Part shown: positions 49,427 to 64,000 of the stretch, in pieces | How the letters are laid out: each line of letters starts with the position of its first letter | How positions within the stretch are numbered: the first letter of the stretch is position 1 | NCBI GenBank assembly: GCA_002633005.1 | Contig: NMRA01000715.1 | Coordinates: forward strand, 120,776 to 184,775 | Direction: 5' to 3' | DNA from: Phoronis australis | Lineage: Eukaryota; Animalia; Phoronida | Length of the DNA: 64,000 bases | Program-made: the position numbers and the translations under genes | Notes under the pieces: generated by a model | The model's database searches: none | What the model was told of the DNA's origin: nothing | The model's input: only the letters and a program-made list of their open reading frames with translations

Positions 49427-52196
49427 CCTAGTCTCTGAATACAGTCGCAAAAGCATGCTGCAGTGGCCGAGTTGCATAAAATAATAGAGAGCATTATTAT
49501 GAAAAATTACTCGAATGTTGTTTTTTCCTCGTTCTTATTAAATTAGGGCGATATATTTTACAGTGAGAATGTATTTCGAACGTTTTGATTGGAATTTAAT
49601 TAATCTTTACCGGTGTGTTGACCCTCGCCTTGACCTTCAGGGTTTAACAAGTGCGTGTAGCGTAAGATTGTTGCGATAAAACGATATTTTGAAGGAACAA
49701 TGTATGTACATGAGAACTGTACTGAGAAATTATCTGAAGAAAAATGATTCATATCACGTGATTAGTCACATGTTACACCACCGCTTATGTCTGCGGGTTT
49801 ACAGCCCACGTTGCCTTCTCCTTTTTGACTTTGAATAGGATTATGGCGTGGTGCATGTTATTATTTAGTGTGCTTGTTGACTTGTGATTATTCCTTAGAA
49901 ATTATTAAACTTCTTTTTTGGAAAAAAGCACATAATTAATCGATGTAGTGTTGCGAAACAGCCCCGACGTATTACATGATTGACCTACTTTAAAGAAAAC
50001 ATTTGAGTTGAAAATCAGTAACCACTTTAGTCCTTATCCGACATTTTTAATTCGTCTTGACCATAAAGGAGGCACAGAACAGTTCTCGCAGGGGTTTATC
50101 TATCAGAACACACGTCATTGGACTCTTCACCCTTTCTTCACTCTGTCAAAAACTGCATGCAAATAAAAAAAGTTTTGAGTCATTTCACACCACAAGCCCT
50201 ACAGATGAGCACAGAAACTTTATTCTTTCTTGTATTTTTGACCCTTTCACTCCCACTGAAAACCAAGCTAGACTAAGAAATATAGGGGTAAAAAAATGCA
50301 AAATCGGCACTTTTCACCCCAAAACCACCACTTCCTTGCCGATGCTCGTCTAAAGCCAACATTAGATCCCGAAAGCAAATTTCCTACCGATTCTAAAAAT
50401 GTGGTCGAAAAGTACTGTCAACTACCAACTATTTTTTTTGCAAATCTGGCTTGTTTGAGTGCTACCTGAAATCGCGGTCAATTTCTTCGTTGCTACATAG
50501 CAATGCACAAATGCAACAGTGCAGATACCAATCAAGTGGCCTTTTTTATTCTCAGCATGTTCACGAACACAAACAAACCACATTCAGTGAGCCTACATGC
50601 ACTGCCTACCTACAAAATGCCCCCAGACTTGGCCTAACCTCAAAATTTTAGCTGTTCAGTGCCACCTAAACTCATTTGTCAGGAAGGAGCCGACAGATGT
50701 CGCAGTGACGAATTGAAGGCTGGTGCTATAACAAGGCTTCATTAGCGAAGTTCAACGGTCGTTTTGTTGCGCCACTGGCACACCCCCTTTCCAAAATTAA
50801 ACTTAACATATTTACTGTCAAGTCTGTGAAAAACTATTGTTTCCCTGTGAAAGAAATGTGAGAAGAGGTTTTGGCAACGTTTTGTTTGTGTTAATGGGAT
50901 GATGCTTTAACTGGCATTTAAGCAGACGAACTTGGATTAGAATGTGACGTCAGTGTTGCAGCGTTGGATCTACTGCTGGATCGTGTGTCATCTACATGTA
51001 TATGAAGGGCTTTGTTATTGTATTCACATTTCTTGTTGGTGTATATATTATTCATGGTCGAACAAAGAGAACATAGTTTATAAATATACTGCTAATGTAC
51101 ACAATATTATTCCCTGAATGTTCCCGTGTCCATGGGCTCAACACTGCGTAGGAACTTGATATCCCCCTTGTCGAAGATGATTTTCTGCCTGAACTGGCAC
51201 TTCCGGCTTTGAGATTTATATTGAGACTCTATCTCGTGGGGCATTTGTTTGTGTAGCTTAATCAGCGTACAAAAAGTAATGTTAAGATAAGGTTAAATGT
51301 CTTTGAGACAAAAGGAGTGAGGTATGTACCCGATTCGATGGTTCTTTATTGCCTTTTTATGAAATTCAATTCCAACGTGAAGATGTCGGCACCTGCGAAA
51401 AATGCTTAGTTATGTCGCTGTAAGGTGGTGGTCCGGCTATTTTCTATGGGAAATAACTTGGCACGGTCTTGTGTTACTTTGCGTAACATTTTTTAGGTAA
51501 TTGATTGTTCATGGTTGCACAGTTGTGTTTGTTGTGTCTACGCTGCATGGGCATGCAGTCTAACTGTAAGGGTGGCACGATGGAAATATAGAGACAACCG
51601 CCGCCAAACGTAATGGAGGGCGTAGTCGTGAGGAAAAAGCCTTTACACATCTGCATTTCTTTTTCTTGTTTAAAGAATATTATTAAATTCATGAAGTTAA
51701 CAGTCATAGACAACCCATGCATTACATTACGCTTCAACCGTTCTCTCCAGGAATGGGAGGACAGTTGTGTAGCATGTTATCATGTGCGGCTTGTTTGATA
51801 ATGGTTTATGAATGTTAAGTGCACTTTCGGCGTTGCGCTTCTAATACAATGCGTGTAAAACGAATAGATTACAAACCAGACTGCCGACTTAACCCCGCAA
51901 ACAAGCGCATGCGCCTGTATGTGGAACAATGCGGTTTGTCCGCAATATCTTTTCCCACTCAACTGCTCTGCGTATGCGTCTATGTTCCGCAATTACTCCA
52001 GTGCGATTATTGGCGCACCTTGGTTTATTAAAAGCAAGTATTTTTTTTAATTGCAGGCGGTCTGATACACGTTGTACCAGACGTGCGCAGGCCTCGCATG
52101 TGGGCCCATTGCACGGATCACCTGGAAATATTTTTATGCTTTATTAATATATGGTTAAAACCGAGCTGAGGAGCTAGAAACCTGGCTCAAGGGTTT

Positions 52197-52275
52197 GGCA
52201 GTGTGACCTGGTGGGACTCGAGCCCACGACCTCGAGTAAAGAAAGCGGGCCCTTATCAACCAGGCCACACTGCCT
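52197..52275 (-). mobile_element. tRNA-derived SINE head / tRNA pseudogene
   Basis: Minus strand ggcagtgtggcctggttgataagg (A box) ... ggtcgtgggctcgagtcccacc (B box), closing with a complementary cacactgcc. Confidence 0.6.
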
Positions 52276-55200
52276 CCTCTAAAAGCAGACAATACCGAAC
52301 CATTTTATTTCACACAGCGTGTGGCGTCAGTAGCACTGGGTGAAATAAACAGGTTAGAGTAACTGTTAAATACTAAAACATATTTTAAAAACTAGTAGTT
52401 TAATTTTTAATTTTTAATAAAACCTTCAGCCTTGATCTTCGATAAAATTAGACTTGGCTCCAACTCAAACCATAGTGAGCCGCATATAGGCATTTAGGTG
52501 CAGCTCCACGATTATGGGCGTGCGCTCTAAGGTAAAACTATCGCCGCAGTTATTCAAATATAGCGAATACTTTTTATCTGCGCGTTTTCTAAACAATGGA
52601 AGGAGTGGGGACACGCCACATTTGAGGTGAAGATTAATCTTTTACTTGGGCGACACAGACTGTGTTACACTAGCCCTGTAAATAGGGGAATTAAAATAGT
52701 TGTCATCTAATCCTCGCAAATGGATTCCCTTCAAATATCTAGTTGCTGATCAATTATTTGCAAAGGTAAACGTTTTGACACTCAGTAAAACTGTCGGACC
52801 CATCCAGATCAAGAGACTACCCGAGTAAAAGGGAAGTCCAACTTATCAGAGTGCACTAAATATTTACGAGGACTAACTTTACTGATTTAAAGGGACAATA
52901 TCGCTTTTACTGCAGAAAAAAACATTTTTGTACTTATTGTTTGATATGGCAGCCTTTTTGAAGTTGAGAGCTTTGACAAGAGTTATAAAATAATAACACA
53001 CACTGCGTTTCTGTGATTTTGTTACAAATCGCCGATCATTCGCTGAAATCTAGCCTAGTAGCTTCAACCGTTAAATACTCCTAAAATAACACTCTGCCAT
53101 TTATCAAACATTAGACTGTGGCCGCGAAGATCCCGTGCTCGATTCCGTGTTGGGTCAGATTTCAACGAGAAAATCACTTTTTTTCATCGACTTGTACGTG
53201 CCCGACTTATACAAGTTATTGTAAGTGAATCAAAGAAGGTGTTATGAAGACCAGTTACATGTAACTCAAAGGGTCGTGCACAAGTTTATTTATTAGTAAT
53301 ATTAAAAAATGATCGATCGAACATTCATCCGGTCGTCATTTACAGAACATTATTAATTAATGTAAAGCATTGCTTTAATTGTATATCAGAAATATCGGGA
53401 TAGAACACTGACTGCCCGTTGGTGTTGCTATCGTTTTTTTTTTTCGGTGTAAAACGTTGTAGATATAAGAGGCGAATTCCAAAACACGCCCTTTTCACTA
53501 ATTTATCAACGAGCACTTATGTATTATGCGTTTATCGGAACACTTTTCAGATCACACTCAACGAGCCGGTTCGCCGATGGCTACAGGAAAAAGGCTATTA
53601 ATTTCACTGTTAACGACAAATACCTTTAAACTTCGTAATCGCAGGCTACCAGGCGGATTAAATCCAAATTCACGCTCCGTCAGTAAACAGGACAAGTAGT
53701 GCATCTTGTGATCTATAGTGTCATCGAACATAGGTTGTGATGTATTGTGAACGTTGGTCAGAAGTAATCGTTGTTAACGCACTTCTTAATTGAATTTTAC
53801 TGCCCCTGTGGCTAATTGGTTCACACTTTACAAAGCTGCGCCTGTTAGTGAGGAAGTTACGTGGATTGATACATCTTCGTTGGAGTCGTCGCTTGTTTAG
53901 TTGTGTAATTGTGAAAACAATGTCGGCTTATGTTGTGTTTCCAGAGAAATGTAGAGTCCATTATACTTCTTGAAACTCGGACATTGGTTGATTCTTCGAA
54001 TACTTCAAACCTATGTAACTGCTTGCAGCCTGAATGTCTGCCTACCTTTAATGTATGCTTGAGCACACAGCTTCGATAATTTGAAAAACATTGATACTGG
54101 TCGTTTTCGCCGTGAAATGGAGTTATGGGATGCGAGAACACATATCAGCTGGATTGGATTGCCGATTGAATGCTAATGACTGAACGATCTAGCTCACAAA
54201 AGACTATAAATCTCGTGAATCTGCATTGAAGAAAAAGACGAACCTGTTCAGCACTCGAGCGGTTTGAAAAGAGTGAAATCCATGAGAAAGAATCACGCAA
54301 AATCTTCGTAACGCAACTTAGTGACTGAATTGTCACGTGACTTGTGCGACGGAGGACTGGAGACAGTGTACTGTACGCGGCTGAACGGCATTCGTTGTAG
54401 AAGCAAGTTTATTCATCTTAGACAGGAATTATTTTGTTAGCCTATTGTGGGCTCCCGCTATGGATGTAACCTTTATGCCAACAGTCATTTCTACTGTGAA
54501 ATGAAATCCAGTATTGCTCGGAGATCATTTGTGGATTAATTAATCGGACCCTTTAATGATGGAGATAAAAAAGGACTTGCACGGCGCCATCCAGGCACTT
54601 GCGACTTTATTAACAGTACTAGGTAAGTTGTCATTGTTGTAAATCTAGTGAATATCAGATAGTTATGTAGAGTACAACAAACAGTTTTACATACAGTACA
54701 TGTGTATGTATCCCGAGGCAGTTTGACAAAAAGCCGCAAAACGTTTGTTGTTTTACGAGATTGACTAATTTATAAAAATGTGATTATTACTTTGTATTTT
54801 AGATTGCTGTGACTTTAAAAAACACGATGATTTTTAGTTTGGTTTTGTTGTGTAGCTTTAAATTATAGCGTGCGTCATCAAATTTCACAATAACGTCATA
54901 TACACAAGAGCATGTGTAGTGTGTTGAGGCAAACTAAACTGTTTTCCTCATCTCAATAATATAGCATAACGGTAAACTGGTGACATGCTGCATGGCACTC
55001 GTCATCTCGAACTATTGGCGCTCCTTCGCAAAGGCCATTGAAATTACGCATTCTTGTATGACAGTGTTTGAACTAAAACAGCTAAAAATAATTCGGTGGT
55101 CCCCTATTTTCGTTTCATAGCAGAAAAGAAGGTCATCCAAATAAAGCAGTAAGGAGGAAACGCTGTAACTTCTTGCGATCATTAACCCGTCGGAAAATAC

Positions 55201-57549
55201 ATGTACATGTAGGTCGCAAGCTCGTCGCACAAAGATCGGTAGATTGGCGTATCCAATGTTCAGTTGGTTTTTCTTTCTCAGTTTAAGAAAATGCCAAGAA
55301 TCTATTGGTAACCAGCTGATGTGCGCCCAATGTACGATACCCATGCGACGTGTATTGTCATATCCAACAAAGATGCAAAAAAGTAAAACCATAGCAGTGT
55401 CTCCTAGGCGATAACCGTGCGACGTGCTTACTCCTGTCGCATGACCGCAAGTTAAACAATACCTGGCGACCCCCATACGACGTCAAACGATAAACACCGA
55501 GGTAATCAAAACCTAAAAACGTTTACTTACGTCGACGTCATAAAATCAGTAAACCGGAAAAACAAGTACGCATGTTCAAACATAAAACAGGAATCGTGTC
55601 ATGGAATTAATCGTTTCTCAAAAGGATTTTAACCATTAACTTTCAGTAATCCAAAGGCATGCAAGCTTCACGCTTTTACCAGAGGTGTCTGTGAAAACGT
55701 CTGTAACGAAGATACTTATTTGTAGACCCCCCACTTGGTTTTGCAGACTGCTAGTAGGCAAAGGCCAAAAAGTCAAATTTTTAGAAAAATTCAAAGATGA
55801 ATTATATTAGTATCAAACTCCTTGAAGAATGTTTTATGTACTATTCATTATGCTTTCAAAACTATACACGAAGTGGTAAGAGTATGGACGGTAGGTAAAA
55901 ACGACCGTTTCCATCCGTGCACACTTTGCACGGTAATAAAAAATGCTAACAATCTGGAAGGTGGACTAGTCACTGAATCCAACGTTCCTTGTTGTGGAGT
56001 CAAAGCCGCGTAACAAAGGAAAGCGCCATCGCACGGCTCGATTTAAATCTGACTCCCATTATATTCTTATGTTTTTGTTTTATTTTTATTCATAAATTGG
56101 CTTAAACATCTGCGCACATCTAATTGTTTCTAATATCGGTGCAAATCGAGCACTTTTCTGTTTGTGCTCCGCCGCTTCCATGAGGTTTGGTTAAAGTATA
56201 GTTAGTTGGCTTGTTAATTTCAATTATGAATTCCATTCTGAAGAGATCGGTGGTCAAACTAAGATTTCAAACTCTTCTGAATTGTCCCAATAACATTTTT
56301 ACCCTAAAGAACAGTAACTTTGTCGTTTCACTTAGGATTTTTTCAAATCCTTTTCCACAAAGAGTGCGTAACCGTTGAACTGCGACATAAAATGAAAGTT
56401 TCGTATCGTGCGGATATATATTGGTGACTGCATGAACTTTTTTAAAACGACACCGTGACCGGTGTTGTCTTGGGAGGTGTTTCCCGACTCTTGATCAAGC
56501 GGATCTCAATTCGTCTGCCGTATCCGACAGCGGTAACGATTAGAAGGCGCATTGAGCGAACGTTCTCAGCCAACTTCTCCATTCCAATTGGGAATATTGA
56601 CGGAGATGCTAAGTGCGCCGAACAAAGCTAATTTCACAAAGATCTTTGTTTAATTTCCGCAGGAATTACCAGTAGTTGATTTGTGTTAATTGAAATTTGT
56701 AATTTGCTAAAACTGCTGCGAATACCTTTTAGTTAAATCATGATAGACAAATGTATGTAAGTAAGGTTTCAACTGCAAATGAAAGGAATTCTGTGCATTG
56801 TTTGTATGATGGTGGACAAATACCGTGGAATGAGCCAAACAAATCAAAATACACGGAGCACATGCATTTCTTTATGAATGAGTTGTTAACCAGAATTGGC
56901 ACGTGTGAGGTATTCTCACGGGGCCTTCACATAATTTGTGTGTTCTGTGGATTGTGTGTTTTAATGAAAGGTGATGTATTCATTGTAACCCACGCTTCAA
57001 TGACCGTTAGATCTGAAAGGATTGCGCTTGTTTGAAGTAATACAGTGAACTTCTCAAGTGTTTCAGTAGTACCATTTTACGAATGCACCATAAGGGGCTG
57101 GGGTGCTATAGCCCTCACTTATTTTAGTGTTGCTCCGCTCATGTGTTTGTTCTCAAACCGGCTCACTGCCTCCTTCACGTACACCTGTAAACTACCGCTG
57201 AAGCAATAGGTCGTACAAATCACTTGTATACGAAACAGTAACTTAATATTTTCAGCAGTCGATGGGAGACGCGCGTCTATTTTAGTGAAGTTTTCTGTCA
57301 TTCTAGTTAGAATATTTCTCTGACTGAATTCACGCCATTGTAACAAATTGGACCGTACGTAGTTACATTCTGGTCTTCTACAGGTGCAGCGAAACTGACC
57401 CGCGCAAAATTTGTGATAATTTGTATTTTGAACAATTTGATTTTACTTTCGGATATGAAGTGCACAGCCTAACTTCAAAGGCTGAATTTCGCCCTGTTTA
57501 ACTGGGTAATAACAAAAGTCGAATTATTCCTATTACTCTCATCAAACCC

Positions 57550-57772
57550 CACTCATCATGTTCCTTACCATGTACCCGACTCAACATGTTCCTTACCATG
57601 TACCCGACTCAACATGTTCCTTACCATGTACCCGACTCATTTTCCTTACCATGTACCCAACTCATCATGTTCCTTACCATGTACCAAACTCAGCATGTTC
57701 CTTACCATGTACATGTACCCGACTCATCATGTTCCTTACCATGTACTCGACTCATCATGTTCCTTACCATGT
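57550..57772. repeat. ~28-bp minisatellite x~8
   Basis: actcatcatgttccttaccatgtacccg unit. Confidence 0.94.
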
Positions 57773-60700
57773 TAAGATTCTGTTTCTGTCACCAACTCAA
57801 GTCACAGGCAAAGAATGCGAACATGCACACTCGAATTCGCAATTTTTGCCTGTTGACCAATTCAAATAAGTTTATCTTTGTACTCTTGCCGGTGATGGAA
57901 GAGCAAACTTACCCTGGTGAGACTCCTATCACGGTAAGGCATATTATGGGACCGGTTTTATGGATGCAAAATGCCTAAATAGACACCCCCCTCTTTTTAG
58001 CTAGCTAAACAATTAGGCAAAATGCAACTTAATTCTATCAGTGAACAACTGTCCCCTATGGCGTGTGACGTCATGGCACATGATCCCAATCACAGAAATT
58101 GACTCGTTGTGTACACTGTTAATTAAATACTTATAACCAATAGATATGATAATCATTTAGATAAACTACATATGTTATTTTCGAACAGTAATGGAGTACT
58201 AGCACCACAGCCATATTCTGTGTATATTTAATGAGTGGCGTTTACAGGAATTTTTATCCTAGCCTTGAGATAAACAGACAATATTTGCAGACGTTTTCTG
58301 CCCCGGGCGGAACGGAAAAAGAATTACAAGCGGCTTTGTCAGTCACAAGCGATCTGTGACGGTATATCTTAACCGCCTTTCCAGGTGAAAGACAAATCCA
58401 GGATGCAAGTATTTTGCCTGTGCCCATTAGCACAAGTGTGTGTTGCTCTGACGAAGTTCGGGTTGCGTTCACAGATTCAGCGACAAAAAACGATTCAAAT
58501 ATATTCCAAAGAACAGTTTTGCTAACCTCTCAAAACAACTTGCTCTCCGCTACTTCCGTCAAATAACTGCGAATATGAGAGAGTGTATTAAAATAGTAAA
58601 CTGACAACGTTTCGGTGTCTTCAATCAATTTCTGTCATTGGAAATACTCAATGCATGCCTGTGCTTCTGTGCACGGTGTACCATTTCACCTTTTAGAACG
58701 CTTGGCTTCGTTGAAGACTGTATTGGGGACAAGGTGATCACATAACAGCAGTCTTGCTGAAAGGTTCGAAGCCCCGTAATGCTCGTCCAAAACTCTAAAT
58801 ACAGTGTACATCAGACGTTTCGCTTTTAACAATCACCGCGCATGAGTTGTTTCTTAGGGTCTTTACCGCTGGTCCGAGCTCTACCCCTTGTGTTTTTCGT
58901 CACTGAAATGCAGTAAAACTTATGAATGTATACGACTCAAACTCATGGCACACTAGAGGGGGCGTCACGTTGCCAATACCTAACGAGGCTGATAGTAAAT
59001 GATAAAATAAAGTTGGAGAGCTCTATCTAATTAGCTGCATAAACAAACGTGGGCAATTTGTGGTATGGTTATCTGACGAGCTGTCTGCGAGTGATTAAAG
59101 TGTACTCAAACTTAATCAATCGAAAACATTATCAATTTGTATTTAGTCAGAAGATGGGTCTCGGTTGATTCGGAGAGACGTAGGCCAACACGACTGATCA
59201 TCAAGTTTTTTAGCCTCATTAACCGTCGAATTATTGAAGTTTCCAACTGGTTAGCCTAGTAGGCGGGAGAACGCTAAGAACATGCAAACCGCACGACGTC
59301 TTGTTCTGTGTTGTGTAACTCTTAAGTTAACGTGCATGTTCCGCAGATCCGATACACTCGCGAAAACGCAAAATCGCCCAAGAGTGCGTGAAATATCACC
59401 ATGTCTTACAAGCGAATGGCGTGATCAGTCTAGCTTTCCTCGCATAATTCTTGCGTCTAAGAGCTTAAAGATGTTTTGTCTCATTAAAACTGTGAATACT
59501 TAAATTTGTAGCAAAGGCCACCTTGTAACTTCCTGGTGGACTGTGTGTACAGGTATAATCAGGAAAAGAAACAATGCGGTTTCGAAGAAAACTCCACAAG
59601 TGATATACATGTACTTAAAAATAACTGTGAACCCCAGTAATTTCAAATATTACACAATCCTTATTTGATAGTGAAATGAACAAATAATATAAACTATGCC
59701 TTGTTTCATTAGGGTAACGATGACATATTGCCATACTCATTTACATAAAAATAGTCTCGCAAAGCGAGACTTTCGCGAGATTGTAAATGGTGACTGGATT
59801 TTGGATGGTTTCCGGCACACCGGAAGACCCGTTTTTTGTAAAATAGTACTTCATTTGCATATTCACAATTTAATAAGATAGAGCATCTTTAACCCAGGTC
59901 AATCGTCACTTGTCAATGATTTGTCCGTCCGCTCTTCAGTTTCGCGTGAGGAGTACAGAAACGCTTTTGCTGACAATACATTTCTTAAAAAATGAACAAT
60001 CTCCTTCTCCGAACATCGCCCTCCTTGACACGACTAGTGGAGACGCCTTGTGTGTGTCCGAAAGTCAGCCATGGTGGGTTCCGTCAATTCAATTTTCAAC
60101 GTGCAAACCGAAAATTGGATACTTGATCTTTATTCCAAAATTATGTCTGATGTGCAAAATGCATCGTGATTCACGTCAATCATCCAGTGGTGTAACGTTG
60201 CATAAACCTTTGCGTAGGGCCTGGTGCATAGTGCTTGCGCAAGAACTGCGCACATTCTGTGTCTGCTTTTTTATGCAGCAAGTATGCGAACAATTTTTAA
60301 GACTCTAGTAAAATGGCTAATTTCGGAACATCGTGTCTCAGAAAGGTCGGCTCGAATTCATACGAAACTTTGAGATATTACCCTTTATTCACTGTTAGGA
60401 ATTATGTTTAGAATGTTACGCTTTTTGCATGAGGACCTAGGCAATCAAAATATAGGACTTTGATGATTGCATGTAAATAATTACAAGCAACGAAAAATAA
60501 ATGACAATTGTAACAGCGTTTTTGATAGTTCATCTTGAACAAGTTATGTCAGAAGAAATTTGGCCATATTTTTGTTGCTATTATGAATGGATCGTTGTTT
60601 TTGCTAAATTTTACGAAAAGACATGGTCACGTGACCCAATTAATCGGAGATTAGTGCAAAGATGAAAATTCAGTCATTATACCTTTAGAAAATATAAACT

Positions 60701-63302
60701 TGTACTGAGTTGAAATCTACAGTTTTGATATTTTTAGCTAAATACGCAGACTTGCCGAGAAGGTATCATGAATTCTTAAAGCGTCTACGTAGCCTCTTCT
60801 GTTGATTTAAACCACTTTCACATATAAAATTGATTTCAAGTTGTTCGGGCTTACTCACATGAGAAGTGATTGATGGCTTTTCAATTCGTTATTCGTTGAT
60901 ATCTCACTTGGTGTATATTTTGACACGCCGTGACAAGCAAGCCGTATCTCAAGCCGTAACAAAGTGTGGGTTTTTGAATTCTTAACGAAGCAACAACTGG
61001 AAACCAAATTTGTAACGGCACTTGGTGTAATTAAAATGTTGTCTTTGTGACGGAAGGTATGTTTATAGCCGCTTGTATTCAGTGTTGTGCCGCTCTATCT
61101 CGCGAAAAGCCATACTCCATTGCGTACATGTATTACTTGACATACAGTAGGTCAGAGTTGACAAAGAGTAGGACTGCAGTAACACGAGGCGATTCTACGG
61201 TTGGTGTAAAACACCCTTGATGCTCACGCGCGATATTTTGGCATTCACTAATAACGATCCATTTGTTACTTTCACTTTGGTTAAATCCCATTTTGTATTG
61301 CTTAGGTTACTAAACAGTACGGCTATGCGGATAACCTGGTGGGACCGGCAGGAATATGGCCTCGGTCTCGACTGCATTTTATTCTTTCAGAAGAGAGTGT
61401 TCACAGATGGACGGTGGATAATTGTTTTAATGAGTACGATGAAACTGTCAGAAATTAACTATATTGTAGACTCATCTACGTTAGGTGAGACGGTAATGCA
61501 ATTCCCAGTGAGTTGACGCACTATAAAGCCAGTATTGTCGCGGTTGCACCATATGGCACGTTTTTTAACTCCCCTGAGTCGTCAGCTGCCGGTCTACAAT
61601 GGGTATTATTTGGTCAACAAAGTAAATTGTTGCTATTTCAAAACATGTGACCGAAGAAACTTTTTATCCACATTTGTGTAACGAGCAAGAGTCTATTTTC
61701 AGGATATAGGTGAAGCATCTCAACTGATTGGCAGTTTTGAATAAAATAATGAAAAGCAGACAGTTAACATGTTAGTCAGTTCTAAGTTAAGCCTACCAGT
61801 TTTACCAGCACGGTAAAACATGTTAGGCTCGAACGCTGAAGGTGTACTCTGAAATCAGAAATTCTTACATGTACGTCGGGAAAGAAAGCACTGGCTTCGC
61901 AAGTCTCTCCGCGCAGCCAGACCCTCACTGGTAGCTTGTAATGTTGAATTCGCTGGAGTCGAAGTTGCCGAATAAGACGGTTATAATTAATATAGAACTG
62001 GATTTTTCGTATTACGTGGAACCGAGTTATAATCTTTGACTCGGGTACAAAAAATCCCCTAAGATTATTCGCTGTCCCAGAAAAAATCTGATTCGCGATC
62101 ATTGTTAGAGAACACGAGAACATTAGGGTTTGTAGCCGTAACAAAGATGACGACTCACTCCGATTTTTTAACATACAAACATGTTCGGTTTAATTTTAGG
62201 CGTTTATTTACCAAAAACATAAAACACGACACGCTGCTACACTTTTGTCGTGTTAGATCTAAGATCATGATCGTGAGCAATTATGACTCGTACTGCATCG
62301 AGTGATGTCTCCTGACAACGTGTTACATGTTTATTTTACATATACTCATTGAAAGTGAAAGTTCGATGGAAATTTAAGTCTTGTTCTTTCTCACCCAGAT
62401 TCGATGACCATTTAATCCCATCACGTGATCTCACGTTCTTTTTAGTAGCCAGAACTATTTCCCCTATTTATGTTTATCTTATTTTCCTCTATCTTTTATT
62501 GTTTTAAAGGTGGGCGTGGTTTCCGCGGAAAAATCAGTACCCATAATGCATGAGTCAGCTATCGATCACTGCAAAGGCCATTTTAGGTGGTGGTGGTGCA
62601 TCACCAAAAATGAAAATTAAAAAATCAATTATAGTTAAATTAAAAAAAAAACATCCGGGCTTAAGTTTCCACTGAATTCGTTAAAACCCGTTTTATGAAG
62701 CGGAGTAACGAAAAAAGAGCGCATACTTCGAATACCTGATCATTGTATAGTGAACAAATGACGTAGAGAAAGAGTAGGAACAGTGAAGTGTCTGACAGCG
62801 TAATAGATACCACTTAAGCGTATTAACACAATTCTTCCTTCGTGACATGTTCGAGGTTCTCTACCGAAAGTTCATGACATGGCTACACGAATTCCATGAC
62901 CATATAAACGAAGACTCCGGACGAAGCTCATAAAACACTGAGGAACAAAATTAGGCAATCCTCTGTCAGTTGGTATTGAGAAAGCGTTAGTAAAAAAATA
63001 AGTGTTTTTAACTTTCGTTAAGTTATCGACAAATACCAGTTAATGGCTTCACATGAATTCGCGATTTTCAAAGAGTCTGGTCTTCATTATACCACAAAAT
63101 TACGATGCTAATGGAATCAATTCGTTATCATTTGTGTCATCGTGTGAATTAATCGGACGTTTAGTCATTAGATACAAGAAATCATGAGCAGGAATAATAA
63201 CTAGATCAATTCTTTGATTTCTTTGAGATGCAGCTTTCATTCGCAGTTTTACATTTGTTACACGAGGAACTTAATTTTGCTCGGAAATTTTGCTAAAGAA
63301 AG

Positions 63303-63365
63303 CCGTTACAGTTACTACCGTTACAGTAACTACCGTTATAGTTACTACCGTTACAGTAACTATCG
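63303..63365. repeat. 15-bp minisatellite x4
   Basis: ccgttacagt(t/a)acta unit. Confidence 0.88.
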
Positions 63366-64000
63366 TTTGCGAAGGCGACTTTTCCTTTTACACCAATTTT
63401 GCTCATGTTACTATCAAAAGATGTTCATAAAATAGAACGTAATTAAATCGCTTCTCAAAGTCCCAGCGTAATCTTGACATATGATTTGGAAAATGTTGAC
63501 AATTATGAAGATCTCCGTTAGGTCATCAAACGCGGATTAACAGTTGTAACAATCAGTGAGCATGAAAGTAAAACGCGACTGGCAAATGTTATCGGCACGG
63601 CTAATGCTTGACACTTGAAACTATTGTTTAAGATGTACATTTTGTGCTCTGCGAGATATCTTGCTGTATCATCGTGTGTCACGTAGATCGTTGATGGTAA
63701 ATTGATGTAAGTGCCATTATGCAAATACAATAAAAATGTTTTATCCAGCTAATAGTCTACTCCAAGTGTCTCGCTTTCACTCGTAAGATTCTTTAGCCGT
63801 GGAATTCCATGTCTCCCTGATGTTGTTACGAATATGATACACTTTCAATTCATTTTCATACAAACCTCAATAATTATTTCAAGTCATAATTTTTATTCGC
63901 TCTCGGTTCAGATACATAAAAACGAGCGAGTCTCTTGCTGCAGCATCCGACACCAGACCGAGAATTTCTGGCTCGTGCCTCATCACCGCACTGAAACTGA

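Noticed and set aside
49027-49494. ORFs with (QTDHLLQDAIG)n repeats
   Set aside because: Translation of a 33-bp minisatellite, open in several frames, with no non-repetitive coding context.
52886-54556. Kolobok-like TTAAAG...CTTTAA element
   Set aside because: Several TTAAAGG/CCTTTAA ends exist, but I could not pair any as convincing TIRs.
52197-55620. miRNA-like seeds (miR-34-like at ~52200-52275, bantam-like at ~54520, miR-281-like at ~55597)
   Set aside because: Only 9-12 nt matches without a full mature sequence or proper precursor hairpin. The first is better explained as a SINE head.

Overview
Eukaryotic (metazoan, probably marine-invertebrate) genomic DNA, AT-rich, with spliced genes, one assembly gap (10232-10897) and many repeats. 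Supported genes are: three coding exons of a cytochrome b561-family gene (minus, 1228-3042; last exon not found); an uninterrupted piggyBac/PGBD4-like transposase ORF with a splice acceptor just upstream of its ATG (minus, 14292-16052); a complete 8-coding-exon aldo-keto reductase (plus, 20504-28178); and an intronless CCDC153/DRC12-like coiled-coil ORF (minus, 30613-31206). I found no supportable protein gene in 32-64 kb, only MITEs, a Helentron-type (HINE) element, tRNA-like SINE heads and minisatellites. The most unusual structure is a 1050-bp element at 17675-18724 of the form A-x-A'/B-y-B'. Its two long hairpins overlap by 3 nt (ATG) and both ends are CAT, so it reads as exactly one linearised copy of a ~1047-nt circular, rod-like self-complementary molecule. 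Other notable items: arrays of same-orientation CTCF-consensus motifs inside two HINE-like elements, a possible exon-trap or domesticated piggyBac, a duplicated poison splice acceptor in the cytochrome b561 gene, and a 2.9-kb direct duplication around the gap. All alignments and counts were made by eye and are approximate.
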